Assembly (NCBI GenBank): GCA_951406725.2
Contig: OX597832.1
Coordinates: 24,366,001 to 24,430,000 of the forward strand
DNA length: 64,000 bases
Origin: Octopus vulgaris
Taxonomy: Eukaryota
Direction: 5' to 3'
The stretch's first letter is position 1. Each line of letters starts with the position of its first letter. This document shows positions 41,484 through 54,795 of this stretch, one piece after another. The notes under the pieces were generated by a model. That model did no database searches. It saw nothing but the letters and a program-made list of their open reading frames with translations, and was not told the origin of the DNA. Made by a program: the position numbers and the translations under genes.

Positions 41484-42190
41484 TTACTCTTTTACTTGTT
41501 TCAGTAATTTGACTGCGGCCATGCTGGAGTACTACCTTTAGTCGGGTAAATCGACCCCAGGACTTATTCTTTGTAAGCCGAGTACTTATTCTATCGGTCT
41601 CTTTTGCCGAACCGCTAGATTACGGGGACGTAAGCACATCAGCATCGGTTGTCAAGTGATGTTGGAGGGGACAAACACAGACACAAACATATACACACAC
41701 TTACATATATATATATACATATAAATATATACGACGGACTTCTTTCCAGTTTCCGTCTACCAAATCCACTCACAAAGCTTTGGTCGGCCCGAGGCTATAG
41801 TTGAAGACACTTGCTCAAGGTGCCACACAGCGGAACTGAACCATGTGATCCGTAAGCAAGCGACTTACCACACAGCCACTCCTGCGCCTTTATATATAAA
41901 TTTATAAATAGATGTGTGTATTTTTCCCTTGTAAACAATTAGCACGGAAAAAAATAGATAAATAGTTACCAGGGTAGCAGAAAGTCACACAAGTAAAAAG
42001 GGTCTAACTCCTTTTTTTTTAAAGGTAGAAATTCCAGGTTTACGTGAAATATTTTGTATAATAAATATAAATAAACAAATGGCGTTAAACGCAGATGTCA
42101 TTCAAATTCTTTTACTTCCGACACATGTTTCGAAGATAATCCCTATACATATCCATAATTTTCTGTTAAAATGTCTTATTGACGTGTTTC

Positions 42191-42277
42191 ATTTCCTGAA
42201 GAGAAGATTACATAGTTTTACACCATTTTATTTCTTTGGAATAATACCAGTGATATCTTCGAAACATGTGTCGGATG
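42191..42277 (+). ncRNA. Hammerhead motif, same family as 15345
   Basis: CTGAAGA-GAAGAT..ATCTTC-GAAA-CATGTG-T-C-ggatg; partial inverted copy at about 42100-42137. Confidence 0.65.
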
Positions 42278-42519
42278 TAAAAGAATTTGAATAACATATG
42301 CGTTTAACTCCATTTATGGCATAGTGGTTAAGAGCATGGGCTACTAACCACAAGATTCCGAGTTCGATTCCTGGCAGTGATCTGAATAATAATAATAACA
42401 TTGAAATATACCCTAGGAATGAGAAATTAGGTTCGAAATTTCCCCAAGACACCTGATGAAGGCTGGAGGGTATATCAGCCAAAATGTGTTAACAACAAAC
42501 AAGATGAGGACAAATATCC

Positions 42520-42985
42520 ACCAACTCTACTCCCTGGAGAGAAGATGGGAGAGGTTTGCAGTAATATATATCTGGAAGACCCTGGAAGGAATTGTGCCAA
42601 ATTTTGGCATTGAAAGCTACACCAATGTTAGAACGGGACGACACTGCATAGTGCCAAAGATCCCAGCAATGCCATCACGCTTCAGGACCAGTTACTGCAA
42701 CAGCCTGGGTTTCAAGGGCCCACAGCTTTTTAATATTCTCCCAAAGAGTCTGAGGAACTTGCACAAAGTAGATGTAGGGTTTTTTTAATCGAAGCTGGAC
42801 TTCTTCCCGTCGAGAGTCCCAGATGAACCTATCTCACGGCAAGAGGTGCAAATGACGGTTGCTATATCAAACTCCATGCTTCACCAAGTGCCACATATTA
42901 GAGGAGGCTCTTAGTAATAACAGTGTAGCAAAACGGCGGTGCATCAGCATGGCTGCAGCTCCGAGCTGAAACTAGAGAGAGAGAA
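42520..42985 (+). mobile_element. 3' end of a CR1/L2-group LINE
   Basis: LYSLERRWER..IWKTLEGIVPNFG..GPQLFNILPKSLRNL..KLD..VPDEP followed by a 3' UTR. Confidence 0.8.
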
Positions 42986-43009
42986 AAAAAAATATATAAA
43001 TATATATAA

Positions 43010-43450
43010 GGCTGCAACAATCCTACGTGAGGGAGAAAGCAGACAAAGAAGCCTGGGTTATAAAAAACATTCAGTCAAACCCAAAGGCCTTCTTTCATTA
43101 CGCGAAAGAAACAGACTAAGTACACGACAAGATAGGACCCTTCCTCCAAAAGGATGGCTCCCTCACAGACAGTCCAACTAAGATCAGTGAGATACTAAAT
43201 GACCAGTTCAAAAGTGTCTTTACCACCCCGTTGGAACACAGACAAGTGAACGAACCAGTGGGCTTCTTCTATAACCAGCGAGGCAGTTACAATGGAATAC
43301 ATTGACATTAGCGAAGAAGATATACTACTAGCTATAGATGAAGTGGGCACAATATCAACTGCTGGTCCTGATGGTTTCTCAGCAATTCTCCTCAAATCGT
43401 GTATGCATGCCCTGGCAAAACCCCTGAAGATTCTCTTCCACAGCTTTCTT
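43010..43450 (+). mobile_element. CR1-like LINE internal fragment
   Basis: LNDQFKSVFT; STAGPDGFSAILLKSC..ALAKPLKILF. Confidence 0.75.
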
Positions 43451-43466
43451 ACATATATATATAAAC

Positions 43467-43544
<78 letters not shown>

Positions 43545-43548
43545 TAAC

Positions 43549-43597
<49 letters not shown>

Positions 43598-43914
43598 GGG
43601 AGTATATCCAAACTTACAGGGAAAAATTAGATTTAGGATTAAATCAAATTTCACAGTATAAATATAAATTAAATTAGAGATAAAACCCACTATTAGGCAA
43701 CTCAAACAGTGATAGACATAAACCAAACATAAAAAACAAAAAATAAATATAATTAATGTAATATAATATATATATATATAAAATTTAAAATTGAAATTAT
43801 TAAAATTTTAAATTCTAAAATTTATATTTTTAAATTTTTAAATTTTTATTTTTTAAATTTTTCTTATAACTAACCAAGATGTATAAAAAAAGTTAAATAT
43901 AATATAAGTAAAAC

Positions 43915-44010
43915 ACTACGTACGTTTCATGGCTATAATTCAATTCGAATTACAATTAAGTTTAAACTCAACTGAAAATTCGAATTAAAATTATAGTCAA
44001 TCTTCAGGTT
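43915..44010 (-). ncRNA. Hammerhead motif with long stem II
   Basis: CTGAAGA-TTGACTATAAT..ATTATAGCCAT-GAAA-CGTACG-T-A-gtg; stem I is weak. Confidence 0.55.
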
Positions 44011-44080
44011 TTTTATGTTTTGGTTTATGTCTATCACTGTTTGAGTTGCCTTATAGTGGTTTTATCTCTAATTTAATTTA

Positions 44081-44109
<29 letters not shown>

Positions 44110-44111
<2 letters not shown>

Positions 44112-44635
44112 TGTTATATTTCGGAATGGTCATATTGCCAGTTTAGCCAATAAAAACATACGCACTATATATTTGGTGTTATTTTGCTTCAGTGATATTT
44201 ATTTTTTATATTAATCTTAATCTTATTTCGGCCAAAGTTCTTTCGTCACACTCCTGTGACCGCATCAGTGGTCCTTTGTTTTCTTCTCACTTATTTGTGT
44301 CTCTCCTTACTAACCGTCAGCCATTTTGTATTTCTATTGTATGTCTTCATTTGCGCATGCTTATATCTCTATGTGCGTCTATGTTTATTTAGTGTGTGTG
44401 TGGGGAGATGCCTGTAATATTTGTATCTTCTGTTTATATACATTCTTGTAATTTGTATTTTGTTTTTGTTGTTGTTGCTTTTGTTCTAATTTTGTTCATG
44501 TGTTTACATCCACCCATTATTATCAGTACATATGCTTGTATGTATGTATAACAACAATATTAGTAATAATAATAATAAATCTAATCGAAAAAAAAAAAAA
44601 TACATATATACACATACACACACATACACATATAC

Positions 44636-44700
<65 letters not shown>

Positions 44701-45851
44701 CATACATAGATATATATACATATATATAGTTATACATTTCTATTTGTTTATTTATCTGTGTATTTATTATGTTTTCAGGATCCTCTATCGTCATATGTTG
44801 TGGTGTGTGCTATTGCTCCATTCTAGTTTTCTATTCAGGCTAGGTTTATTTTCTATTATATGTGTAGCTTCTGTAATTTGTCTAATTGTTGCATCTGTTC
44901 TATGTGTGGACAATATCTTAATCTCTATGTTATTGATTGAACCCCCGTGTTCCTGTTCGGCATGTTGGTACAGAATCGATGAGCTTTTACCTTCCTTGAG
45001 TTGTCTCCAATGTTCATTCACCCGCTCTCCTATGCTTCTTGCTGTTTCCCCTACGTATGTTACTGTCTTGTTACTGCATCGTCCCTCTATACATCTTATA
45101 CTATAGACTACATTTCTGGCTTTACAGTTTGTTTGTGGGCTAAATCTACATACAGTGCAATAGTTATCCGTACAGAGGGTTCTACTAAAAGGATAGGTTC
45201 TACCAATTATAGATTTGATAGGGTTGCCTGGCTTTTCAACAACCTTAATTCTTAGTTTAAGTTTATCTAGGGTCCTTCTAAAGCGGTACGCCAGTTCACC
45301 TCCAGGGGTGGTGTCAACGAACATGACACTCTGGTAATTATGGCTATCATACCAAGAGTTGGCCTTCCCTATTTTCTTTTTGGTCCTTTCTATAGTGTTT
45401 CATGACTTGTTCCTATAGATTGGGCAAATCTCATTCCTATCATTACATAATATATTATCAAATTTCTTCATGGCTCCTTTGTATACTCTGATCCTTTCTT
45501 TATGGCTGTAACCTGAGAACTGCATGCGGTGAATGAAATACTGTATGTGTCTCTTTAATTCTGTAGGCTCGCACATGCGCGACACATTTCTCATCAAAAT
45601 ATTGAATTTGGCATTGCCCGCAGAAAACAAAGGACCACTGATGCGGTCACAGGAGTGTGACGAAAGAACTTTGGCCGAAATAAGATTAAGATTAATGTAA
45701 AAAATAAATATCACTGAAGCAAAATAACACCAAATATATAGTGCGTATGTTTTTATTGGCTTAACTGGCAATATGACCATTCCGAAATATAACAATATCT
45801 GTTTCAACACACGACTTCACATAAAAAATCTTGCACAACAAATATTTAAAC

Positions 45852-45852
<1 letters not shown>
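44110..45852 (-). mobile_element. Second PLE fragment (different clade, possibly Nematis-like) with a short inverted pseudo-LTR
   Basis: Minus frame 45620-44791 gives RT thumb (MQFSGYS), one in-frame TGA, Cys linker and VVY...YVGETARSIGERVNEH GIY-YIG; inverted arms 44110-44284 and 45622-45797. Confidence 0.85.
45635..45674 (+). ncRNA. Hammerhead-like motif in the PLE pseudo-LTR (CTGATGC core variant); mirror copy at 44232-44271 (-)
   Basis: CCA-CTGATGC-G-GTCAC-loop-GTGAC-GAAA-GAAC-T-T-TGG. Confidence 0.6.
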
Positions 45853-45897
<45 letters not shown>

Positions 45898-47539
45898 GTA
45901 GTTCAAATTTATAGAAAAACAAAGAAGACAGCTGTAATAATTTTTTTCACAGTTTGGTGTTATATTCCAATTATTTGAGATATTTCTAATGTTGATTTAC
46001 CTTTTGCAAGTTCAGGAGAAGTAACAGGTTTCTCTTAAGCAGTTTGCATTCACGACCCATAATTACTCGTTTATCAGTCCACTCGTTAATAATTTGGAAC
46101 ACTGAAATTTCATGGAAACCATAGAAATGATCACAGTTTTTTTACATTTGCGCAAAACCTGACGTTTTTTTTTACACACCACGCACAGATAACTGTTACC
46201 CTCATTCTGTGGAAATTTCTTTGAATTCCAACGAGCAGCTTTTAAATAAAATTAAAAGAATGTTCCGGTGTTAATAATCTGAAACTCAGTGCATATATAT
46301 AGAAGGAGCACTCCGTCGGTTGCGACGACGAAGGTCCCAGCTGATGCGATCAACGGAACAGCTTGCTCGTTAAATTAACGTGTAAGTGGCTGAGCACTCC
46401 GCAAACACGTGTGCCCTTAACGTAGTTCTCGAGGAGATTCAGCGTGACACAGTGTGTGACAAGGCTGGCCCTTTGAAATACAGGTACTAATCATTTTTGC
46501 CAGCTGAGTGGACTGGAGCAAAACGCCCCCCGCCCAAGGAATGTGCTGAGTTGTCAAACATTTAAACCAAATTTTCTCAAAACAACTTGTCCGACCGTCT
46601 CATAGGCCTCCCCTTTGAGAAACACTGATTTAACCTAAATTTGAGACACCAGCAAAAGAAGAAATGAATATAGACTTTTTTCCTATTCCAAAGAAAAACG
46701 ATTTTATTCACACAAATATGCAACCGACGAGTTTAAAGTACCAGTAATGATAAGGCTGTTGACTGGGAGAACACAAACATGGTAAACCATTTATTAGCAA
46801 GAAAATAGTATTTTCTTCCTCGAATAAAAAGCAATCAGTGTTTTCTTTTTATTAAGAAATAATTAAGCATACTTTTATTTCAATATAATTTTTGGTTTTG
46901 TTAAACGAAGTTAAAGCAAAGAAAAAACAGAAAACAAAAAAAAACTTCTTGAGGAACCAATTAGTCTTTCCTTCCTTCATGCCAAGTTTGAAGAAAATAT
47001 CTCTTTTGCATCTTACTTTTTTGGTCTCTTAAATATACTGCATTTTGTGGCATTATTTCAAGCCAGCCGGCTTTTTTTTGCGCAAACTGCATGTGCATTT
47101 TTCTTGCGTACGTGTAGTATCAATTGCAACAGCTGATGTACATTCACGTTCAAATGCACATTCCCACGGCTTTATCGATCGCATTCTCACCTGGAATCGA
47201 TTTTTGTAATTTTATACACGCTCTGATACCGTCGGTATGCACATATCAAATTTGAGCGCAATCGGGTGGAAGATGCTCGAGATCATAGAAGACACACAGA
47301 CAGACAGAATGGATTTTATATAATAGATATATGAAAAAGATGTGTTACAATACTGTTCCACAGCCATACCAACAATTCAACATGCCTCCATCATCAGCTG
47401 CCTCACGGATATCATTATGGTTTCGACACCTGGGCAGTACTATTTAATCCGTCGGTGTCAACAGCACTAAAATAAGTGTTGTTTGGGAACGAACATACCA
47501 AAGAAACCACACCTTTCAAACACATTTGCCCTATGTACT

Positions 47540-47745
47540 ACCGAACACAGAAGACTGTATGAAGAGAGAAGAGAGGTCATCATCAACTACGTGTGGCTCT
47601 TGTCCGGAGTCACAGGATCTGTTTATCTTGTATCGGTCTTGTCGGCCATGCCCGCTCACACGAGAAACAATGAGCAGGAGGTGGAGGAGGAGGATCGTTT
47701 TGGATCAGGGCTGCCATCACTTTTGATGAGCCGTCATAAAGTATG
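47540..47745 (+). mobile_element. Solo 3'-terminal fragment of the same RTE family
   Basis: Near-identical to 52135-52340 and ends in a microsatellite tail. Confidence 0.85.
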
Positions 47746-47789
47746 TATGTATATATATATTTATATACATGCATGTAGTACCGTGTATG

Positions 47790-47840
<51 letters not shown>

Positions 47841-48188
47841 TTTATGTATGTATGTGTATATTTGCTACGGATTGCTTGAAGATAACTTTCTTCCTACAGC
47901 TCGATCTTTGGATCTTGTATTTATTTATTTATGTATATATGTATGCGTATATACATACATATATATATATATATGTGTGCGTGTGTGTGCGTGTGCGTGT
48001 GTGTGCGTGTCCGTGTGTGTGTGCGTATATGTATATATGTATTCTTTTCCTTTTTCTTTTATTTGTTTCAGTCATTTGACTGCGGCCATGCTGGAGCACT
48101 TGCTTTTAGTCGAACAAATCGACACCCAGGACTTATTCATTGTAAGCCTATACATATTTATATGAAGGCGGCAAGCATGGATGATGCT

Positions 48189-48530
48189 GGAAGCCTCCAG
48201 CTTGAAGCCTCCAGCTTGAAGCCTCCAGCTTGAAGCCTCCAGCTTGAAGCCTCCAGCTTGAAGCCTCCAGCTTGAAGCCTCCAGCTTGAAGCCTCCAGCT
48301 TGAAGCCTCCAGCTTGAAGCCTCCAGCTTGAAGCCTCCAGCTTGAAGCCTCCAGCTTGAAGCCTCCAGCTTGAAGCCTCCAGCTTGAAGCCTCCAGCTTG
48401 AAGCCTCCAGCTTGAAGCCTCCAGCTTGAAGCCTCCAGCTTGAAGCCTCCAGCTTGAAGCCTCCAGCTTGAAGCCTCCAGCTTGAAGCCTCCAGCTTGAA
48501 GCCTCCAGCTTGAAGCCTCCAGTTTGAAGC
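48189..48530. repeat. 14-bp minisatellite (aagcctccagcttg), about 24 copies
   Basis: Perfect tandem units at the 5' end of the RTE. Confidence 0.97.
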
Positions 48531-51146
48531 TTGCACGATATCGGCAAGTGAAAAATGGCCGCTAAGGTCTAAACTTGGGGACAACAGGTTTCTTCGGTCC
48601 TGCTCAGGTGTCTGGGCAGCTCTATTTAGGGAAGGCACTGTCTATCGCAATCCGAGGAACAGTCTAGAAAAGGTGGCCCAAATAAAGCCACTCTGCCAGG
48701 AAACTGCGCCTGACAGATCACTCCTCTAATGCGGTCGAAACGTCAAGAATGTCATAACTTTACATGATCTTCCTCCCTCAGCTCGACCTCATCGGACTGC
48801 TCTCTTTGCATACATGCTGAAACGTTACAACGTGAACATAGCAGCTCTTAGCGTGATGCGTTTCTCAGAAGAAGGCTTGTCTCACTGAACAGGGAGAGAG
48901 ATACACATTCTACAGGAAGGGTATCCCCGATGACAACGACAGAACTCATGGAGTGGCCTTCGCTGTGAAGGCCCTCATTGCAAATATGGTGGCAGAACTT
49001 CTTGTAGGACTGCACGAACGTTTCATGATTTTGCAGCTCACTTTCTATAAAAGCCAGTTCACCACCATCATCAGTGCGTATGCGCCCATCTTGGGCTTTC
49101 CTGAAAGAGCCAAAGACAGGTCCTATATGGCTCTGGACAACGTCATCCGAAGGATACCCAAGTCTGATAAAACCATTCTACGCGGAGATTTCGATTCCAA
49201 GGTCGGGAAAAGTCATCTCATCTGGTTCGGCATCATTCGTCGTCATGGTTTTGGGAAAATGAACACCAATGACCTAACTCTCTGTTCCCAACATGGACTG
49301 GTCATTACCAACACAGTTTTCCAGCTCCCAACAATCCACAAAGTTTCCTGGATGAATCCTCCATCCAAATCCTGGTAGCGTCTTGACTATAAGTTTGTTC
49401 AACAAAGGGATCATAAGGATTTCTTGACCAGCCGTGCTGTGCTGGGTGCCGAATATTTGGCAGGTCACCGAATGAATAGCTCTCGCCCTTCGTTTGACTG
49501 GCCACCATTCCGAAAATCGCAGCCCTTTCCTTGTCTTAACATTCCTGCCCTCTCCAATTCTGAGAAGCATACACAATTTCTGTGCGGAATTAAAGATCAG
49601 CTCCCACCTATCCCAGATATTCCAGCTGCTGACCTCACCCAAGAATAAATCAACAACCTCTAGGTCCCGCAATTACCCACAAGACACTGCCAAGGTAACC
49701 CTTGGGACAACTACGTGTCCCAAACCCGACTGGGTTGCTGAATCGGCCGAGATGCTACAAAAGTCTGCTGTCTGAGAAGAACAAGATCCATGATGCTGTT
49801 TTAGCCAACCTAGGCTCTGCAGTCTTGTGCCAAAAATGAAGGATGCTCATACCACCGCACAATGTGTCATCGGGAATGTTCAAAACGATTGGTGGTTTCA
49901 AAATTCAACGTTTTGCAGAACAAAACACGAAGTCTACCACTCCATTTAGAGAATCTTCAGTTTCATGCAGAAAGGTGACTACACCACCGAAATCATTCAA
50001 TGGCACCCTATTGAAAGAGAAAATTGCGATATTTCACAAGTGGGTCGAAAATTTTAAAGAACTTCTGAATCGGATCAACTCCAAGCACCCCAAATCACTT
50101 AAAGAGATTCCGGATCTTTCTATCCTGACAGAGCTTGACAATCCTATAACATTTAATGAAGTGCAACAGGCCATCTGCGGTCTCAAAAAACCAGAAATCT
50201 TCCAGCGACGATGGGATCTCAGGTGAGACTTACAAGTATTGTAGGTATCACCTCACATCCCATTTTCACTCTTTGTTCCTTCTCTGTTTGCAGGGGAAAA
50301 CTATACCTGACAAGTGAAAACACTCCGATATTGTCACAATCTACAAGCGCAAGGGAGACCGTACAGAATGCGGCAACAGTAGGGGAAATCTCTCTTCTGG
50401 ATAACGCCAGCAAGATCTTCTCACGTATTTTCCTCCGACTTCTTCTATTTTGATGTTGTCTGTCTGCTTATGCCCGAGTCCCAGTGTGTATTTCGATCAG
50501 AAAGAGGCACTTCTGACGTGATATTTGTGGCTCGTCTTCTTGAAAACTCTTGTGAACAGCAGACAGACATACATGTTGCACCTTCATCTGTCTAACAAAG
50601 GCGTTTGTCATGGTCTACCGTCTAAATGTTGTGGCACCTGTTTCAGAAATTTGGCTGTCCACCAAATTTCTCTCGATCGTCCAGAAATTTCATGATGGCT
50701 TGCAAGCGAGAGTGACACTTGGTGGTGAAACTCGGGACCCTTTGATGCCAGGTAGGGGCAAAGCTAAGATGCATCCTTACCCCTGTACTATTTAACATTT
50801 ACCTGGTGGTTACAATCCTTCTTTCCTGGACACATTTCCCCGAAGAAGACCGAATTCGTATCAGGAAACACCATGATGGCAGCATCTTTAGTACTCGCCG
50901 CCTGAGGGAAGCTTCAAAAACCTTTTCAACCACGGTGTACGGGATTCAGTAAGATGGCGATTCCGCTGCACAATCCCATATCTCCGCCCCTTGTCACACA
51001 TGACGGGCTCAATGAACAATGCCTGTTCTCGGCTTGGTCTTCAAGTGAATCATCGAAAAACTGAAGTTCTCCTATTAGCTTAACCGTACACACCTCTCCA
51101 CCCAAGCCCTCCTCTGCAGGCCGACCCATTCTCCTATCTTGGAAAC

Positions 51147-51561
51147 GTGATGGCAATCCCTCAAGGTCGAGGATGATGGTCTTCGCGCAAATTTACTGGT
51201 GAGTCCGTAGGTGACCGATAAGACCAATTCTTGCTTGAAAAGATCGGTCGCAATGCGGACATCTAGTGCCGGAAGGGAGAGTCGCACGTAGTTGTTGTTG
51301 GCGCTCCTTCCGTCGTCGTCTTTTCTCCTCCAGCTCTGCAGACCTTTTCGACTCGAAAGTCGCCGTTCCCTCATGGATGGTGGTTTTCCAGAGTGGTCTG
51401 TTTTTTGCCGTTTCCTCCCAGTTAGTGAAGTCGATGTCACACTTTTTGAGGTTCGTTTTCAGGGAGTCCTTGTAGCGTTTCTTCTGGCCTCCTTTTGTAC
51501 GCTTGCCGTCTTTGAGTTGGGAGTAGAAGACCTGTACAAAAGGAGGAAAGAAGAAACGCTA
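51147..51561 (-). mobile_element. 3' end of a different RTE family nested antisense in the RTE
   Basis: Minus frame ..GKRTKGGQKKRYKDSLK..CPHCDRSFQARIGLISHLRTH*; flanked by the direct repeat atcttggaaac. Confidence 0.85.
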
Positions 51562-52340
51562 ATCTTGGAAACACAGTCTCTAACACTGGACTCCTTAAAA
51601 GGAAATTCTCCGTCGGATCAAATTGGCCTCTACATCTTTCGGGAAACTCAGCGAACGAGTCCCTCAGAACAAGAATCTTAGAGCAAGCACAAAGATCTCC
51701 GTTTATCGAGCTATCTGTGTATTCAACCTCCTGTATGGGTCTGAGTGCTGGACTCTTTATCGGTACCAGATCAGATAACTGGAGGCGTTTTATATCAGAT
51801 CGCTCCAAAGTATCACGTGGAAGGACGTAGCACTTCACACTTAAATATTCTTAACGGCAGGTATTTACAGCGTTGAGGCCCACAATATTCGTCGTCTTCT
51901 CCGCTAGGTTGGCCATGTGATTCGAATATCGGTTAACTGGCTCCCAAAGATGGTCCTCTTCAGTGAGATCGAGACTAGAAGAAGGCCTCATGGATGTCTA
52001 ATACTTTGTTTTCGCGATCACCCCAAGCGGTTTCTCGTTTTATGCTGTGTCCCTCCCAATCATTTGGAGCCCTTGTTTGTTAATCGGGGAGGTATGGAGA
52101 TCCGCGTGTGTTGCTGGAGCAGATCGCTTTGAAACCGAACACAGAAGACTGTGTGAAGAGAGAAGAGGGGTCATCATCAACTCGGTGTGGCTCTTGTCCG
52201 GGGTCACAGGATCTGTTTATCTTGTATCGGTCTTGTCGGCCATGCCCGCTCACACGAGAAACAAAGAGCAGGAGGTGGAGGAGGATGATCGTTTTGGATC
52301 AGGGCTGCCATCACTTTTGATGAGCCGTCATAAAGTATGT

Positions 52341-52411
<71 letters not shown>

Positions 52412-53334
52412 ATGTTACATTACTCGGTAGTCAAGATAAAACTCTGAGTTTCAGATGCCGAAGTGGAAATCCACAACACCATCTCTTCGGTTATCTGGCT
52501 ATTTGAAAACGTTATGAAAAAATACCGTTAAAATAAAGGGAAATTACTCTGTTATAACTCTGCTTGCCTGCGTACTTATACATCGCTCGCATTTTTCGTC
52601 ATAAAAATTATATAAAAATACATAAAAAAAAACATAAAAAATATATAAAAATATATAAAAATATATAAATTCTTCTTGGGACATAACACAGAAAGCATGT
52701 TCTATCTGTTTTCTTTAGGGGACCAAAAACGTAACAGAAATTTAGTCACATGTGGGCATGATCCGAAAAGCTCTGTCCTTGTATTTAGACATGTAGTAGG
52801 GTCTAAGCTGCTTTTCCAGATAAGCCATCTCTCCATGTCGCATAGACCGCACCTTCCGCTGCCGTTAGTATAGGGCTTACATCTGGCCAAAATCTTCCAT
52901 TGTATGTTATAATCGACACCTTTATCTCTTAAAGACCAAATATGATTGGATAATTGTGTCGCTTTTCTTTTGTTCCAGTGCCTAAAGCTCAAAGTGTGGT
53001 TATTGAACCTGGCCTTGAAATTACCCTCTGTAAGGCCCACGTATTTCTTCGTCGAAACGGTGTCTTTAGTGGTTATAGAGTTTACGGTAGCTTCATATAT
53101 GATGGTCTTGGACATGCAAGCTCCATTTAGCGGGCACAATTCTTTATTTCTGCATGAACAGCTGTTTTCTTCTTGTGTTTTTTGTATGTTATGTTTGATT
53201 ATGTTTTTAAAATTGGTAGTTGAACTAAAACTAATTTTTAAATTGTGTCTATTGAAGAGTTTCCTATAAGTATGGTTAACTGGAAAATGTCTATCTATCA
53301 GTGCTAGGAAATATTTACCTATATTGAAGGCCAC

Positions 53335-54297
53335 CTCAATTTCTTAGACGTTTCCTTACATCTTAATAAGAATAGTTATAAGCCTTATAGGAAGCCCAAT
53401 GATAGACTAAGTTATATTAATGTAGGCTCATGCCATCCCCCTATAGTATTCAAAAATTTAGTTAAAAATATTAGTAAGAGGATTTCTAGCCTCTCATCTA
53501 ATGAGGACATCTTCAATAGCGTTGCCCCAGTTTATAATAAGGCTTTAAAAGATAGGGGTTTTAGCGAAAAAATAAAATATACACCTATCACTAGCCCAAC
53601 AGTAAGGAAAAGGAATAATAGAAATAGGAAGGTCATCTGGTTTACGCCCCCTTACTCACCCGAGGTGGCCTTCAATATAGGTAAATATTTCCTAGCACTG
53701 ATAGATAGACATTTTCCAGTTAACCATACTTATAGGAAACTCTTCAATAGACACAATTTAAAAATTAGTTTTAGTTCAACTACCAATTTTAAAAACATAA
53801 TCAAACATAACATACAAAAAACACAAGAAGAAAACAGCTGTTCATGCATGAATAATGAATTGTGCCCGCTAAATGGAGCTTGCATGTCCAAGACCATCAT
53901 ATATGAAGCTACCGTAAACTCTATAACCACTAAAGACACCGTTTCGACGAAGAAATACGCGGGCCTTACAGAGGGTAATTTCAAGGCCAGGTTCAATAAC
54001 CACACTTTGAGCTTTAGGCACTGGAACAAAAGAAAAGCGACACAATTATCCAATCATATTTGGTCTTTAAGAGATAAAGGTGTCGATTATAACATACAAT
54101 GGAAGATTTTGGCCAGATGTAAGCCCTATACTAACGGCAGCGGAAGGTGCGGTCTATGCGACATGGAGAGATGGCTTATCTGGAAAAGCAGCTTAGACCC
54201 TACTACATGTCTAAATACAAGGACAGAGCTTTTCGGATCATGCCCACATGTGACTAAATTTCTGTTACGTTTTTGGTCCCCTAAAGAAAACAGATAG
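53335..54297 (+). CDS. PLE ORF fragment: RT end/thumb (LNFLDV..YRKPND..SCHPP), Cys linker (CSC..CPLNGAC) and GIY-YIG endonuclease (IIY..YAG)
   Basis: The frame is open from 53335, upstream of the track's GTG start; the mirror GIY-YIG copy is at 52702-53334 (-). Confidence 0.88.
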   Translation, partial: LNFLDVSLHLNKNSYKPYRKPNDRLSYINVGSCHPPIVFKNLVKNISKRISSLSSNEDIFNSVAPVYNKALKDRGFSEKIKYTPITSPTVRKRNNRNRKVIWFTPPYSPEVAFNIGKYFLALIDRHFPVNHTYRKLFNRHNLKISFSSTTNFKNIIKHNIQKTQEENSCSCMNNELCPLNGACMSKTIIYEATVNSITTKDTVSTKKYAGLTEGNFKARFNNHTLSFRHWNKRKATQLSNHIWSLRDKGVDYNIQWKILARCKPYTNGSGRCGLCDMERWLIWKSSLDPTTCLNTRTELFGSCPHVTKFLLRFWSPKENR

Positions 54298-54502
54298 AAC
54301 ATGCTTTCTGTGTTATGTCCCAAGAAGAATTTATATATTTTTATATATTTTTATATATTTTTTATGTTTTTTTTTATGTATTTTTATATAATTTTTATGA
54401 CGAAAAATGCGAGCGATGTATAAGTACGCAGGCAAGCAGAGTTATAACAGAGTAATTTCCCTTTATTTTAACGGTATTTTTTCATAACGTTTTCAAATAG
54501 CC

Positions 54503-54565
54503 AGATAACCGAAGAGATGGTGTTGTGGATTTCCACTTCGGCATCTGAAACTCAGAGTTTTATCT
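54503..54565 (+). ncRNA. Hammerhead motif in the PLE pseudo-LTR (CCGAAGA core); mirror copy at 52434-52496 (-)
   Basis: AGATAA-CCGAAGA-GATG..CATC-T-GAAA-CTCAGAG-T-T-TTATCT; 6-bp stem I. Confidence 0.7.
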
Positions 54566-54661
54566 TGACTACCGAGTAATGTAACATATTGTATAGATAA
54601 ATTTCCTCTATTTACATAATATTGAGGTCTCTTTCTTTCTTTTGTTATCTTACCGTTTTAT

Positions 54662-54795
<134 letters not shown>

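Larger units (their letters stand above)
48165..52340 (+). mobile_element. Near-full-length degenerate RTE-clade LINE
   Basis: APE endonuclease fragments (YNVNIAALS, HGVAFAVK, IISAYAP, GDFDSKVG, LVITNTVF) and RT fragments (PESQCVFRSERGT, FSYLGN); many frameshifts and stops. Confidence 0.85.

Noticed and set aside
42447-42490. Hammerhead acac-CTGATGA-aggctg..cagcc-AAAA
   Set aside because: GAAA is mutated and stem III is truncated; probably a dead relic
45400-45402. In-frame TGA in the PLE ORF as selenocysteine or readthrough
   Set aside because: It falls where a Trp is expected (YRxxxW), so a TGG>TGA mutation is simpler; no SECIS was identified
47150-47330. Helitron/Helentron-like end (acagacagacag..ttttatataatagat)
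   Set aside because: Resemblance only; no second copy or matching 5' end could be verified in the window
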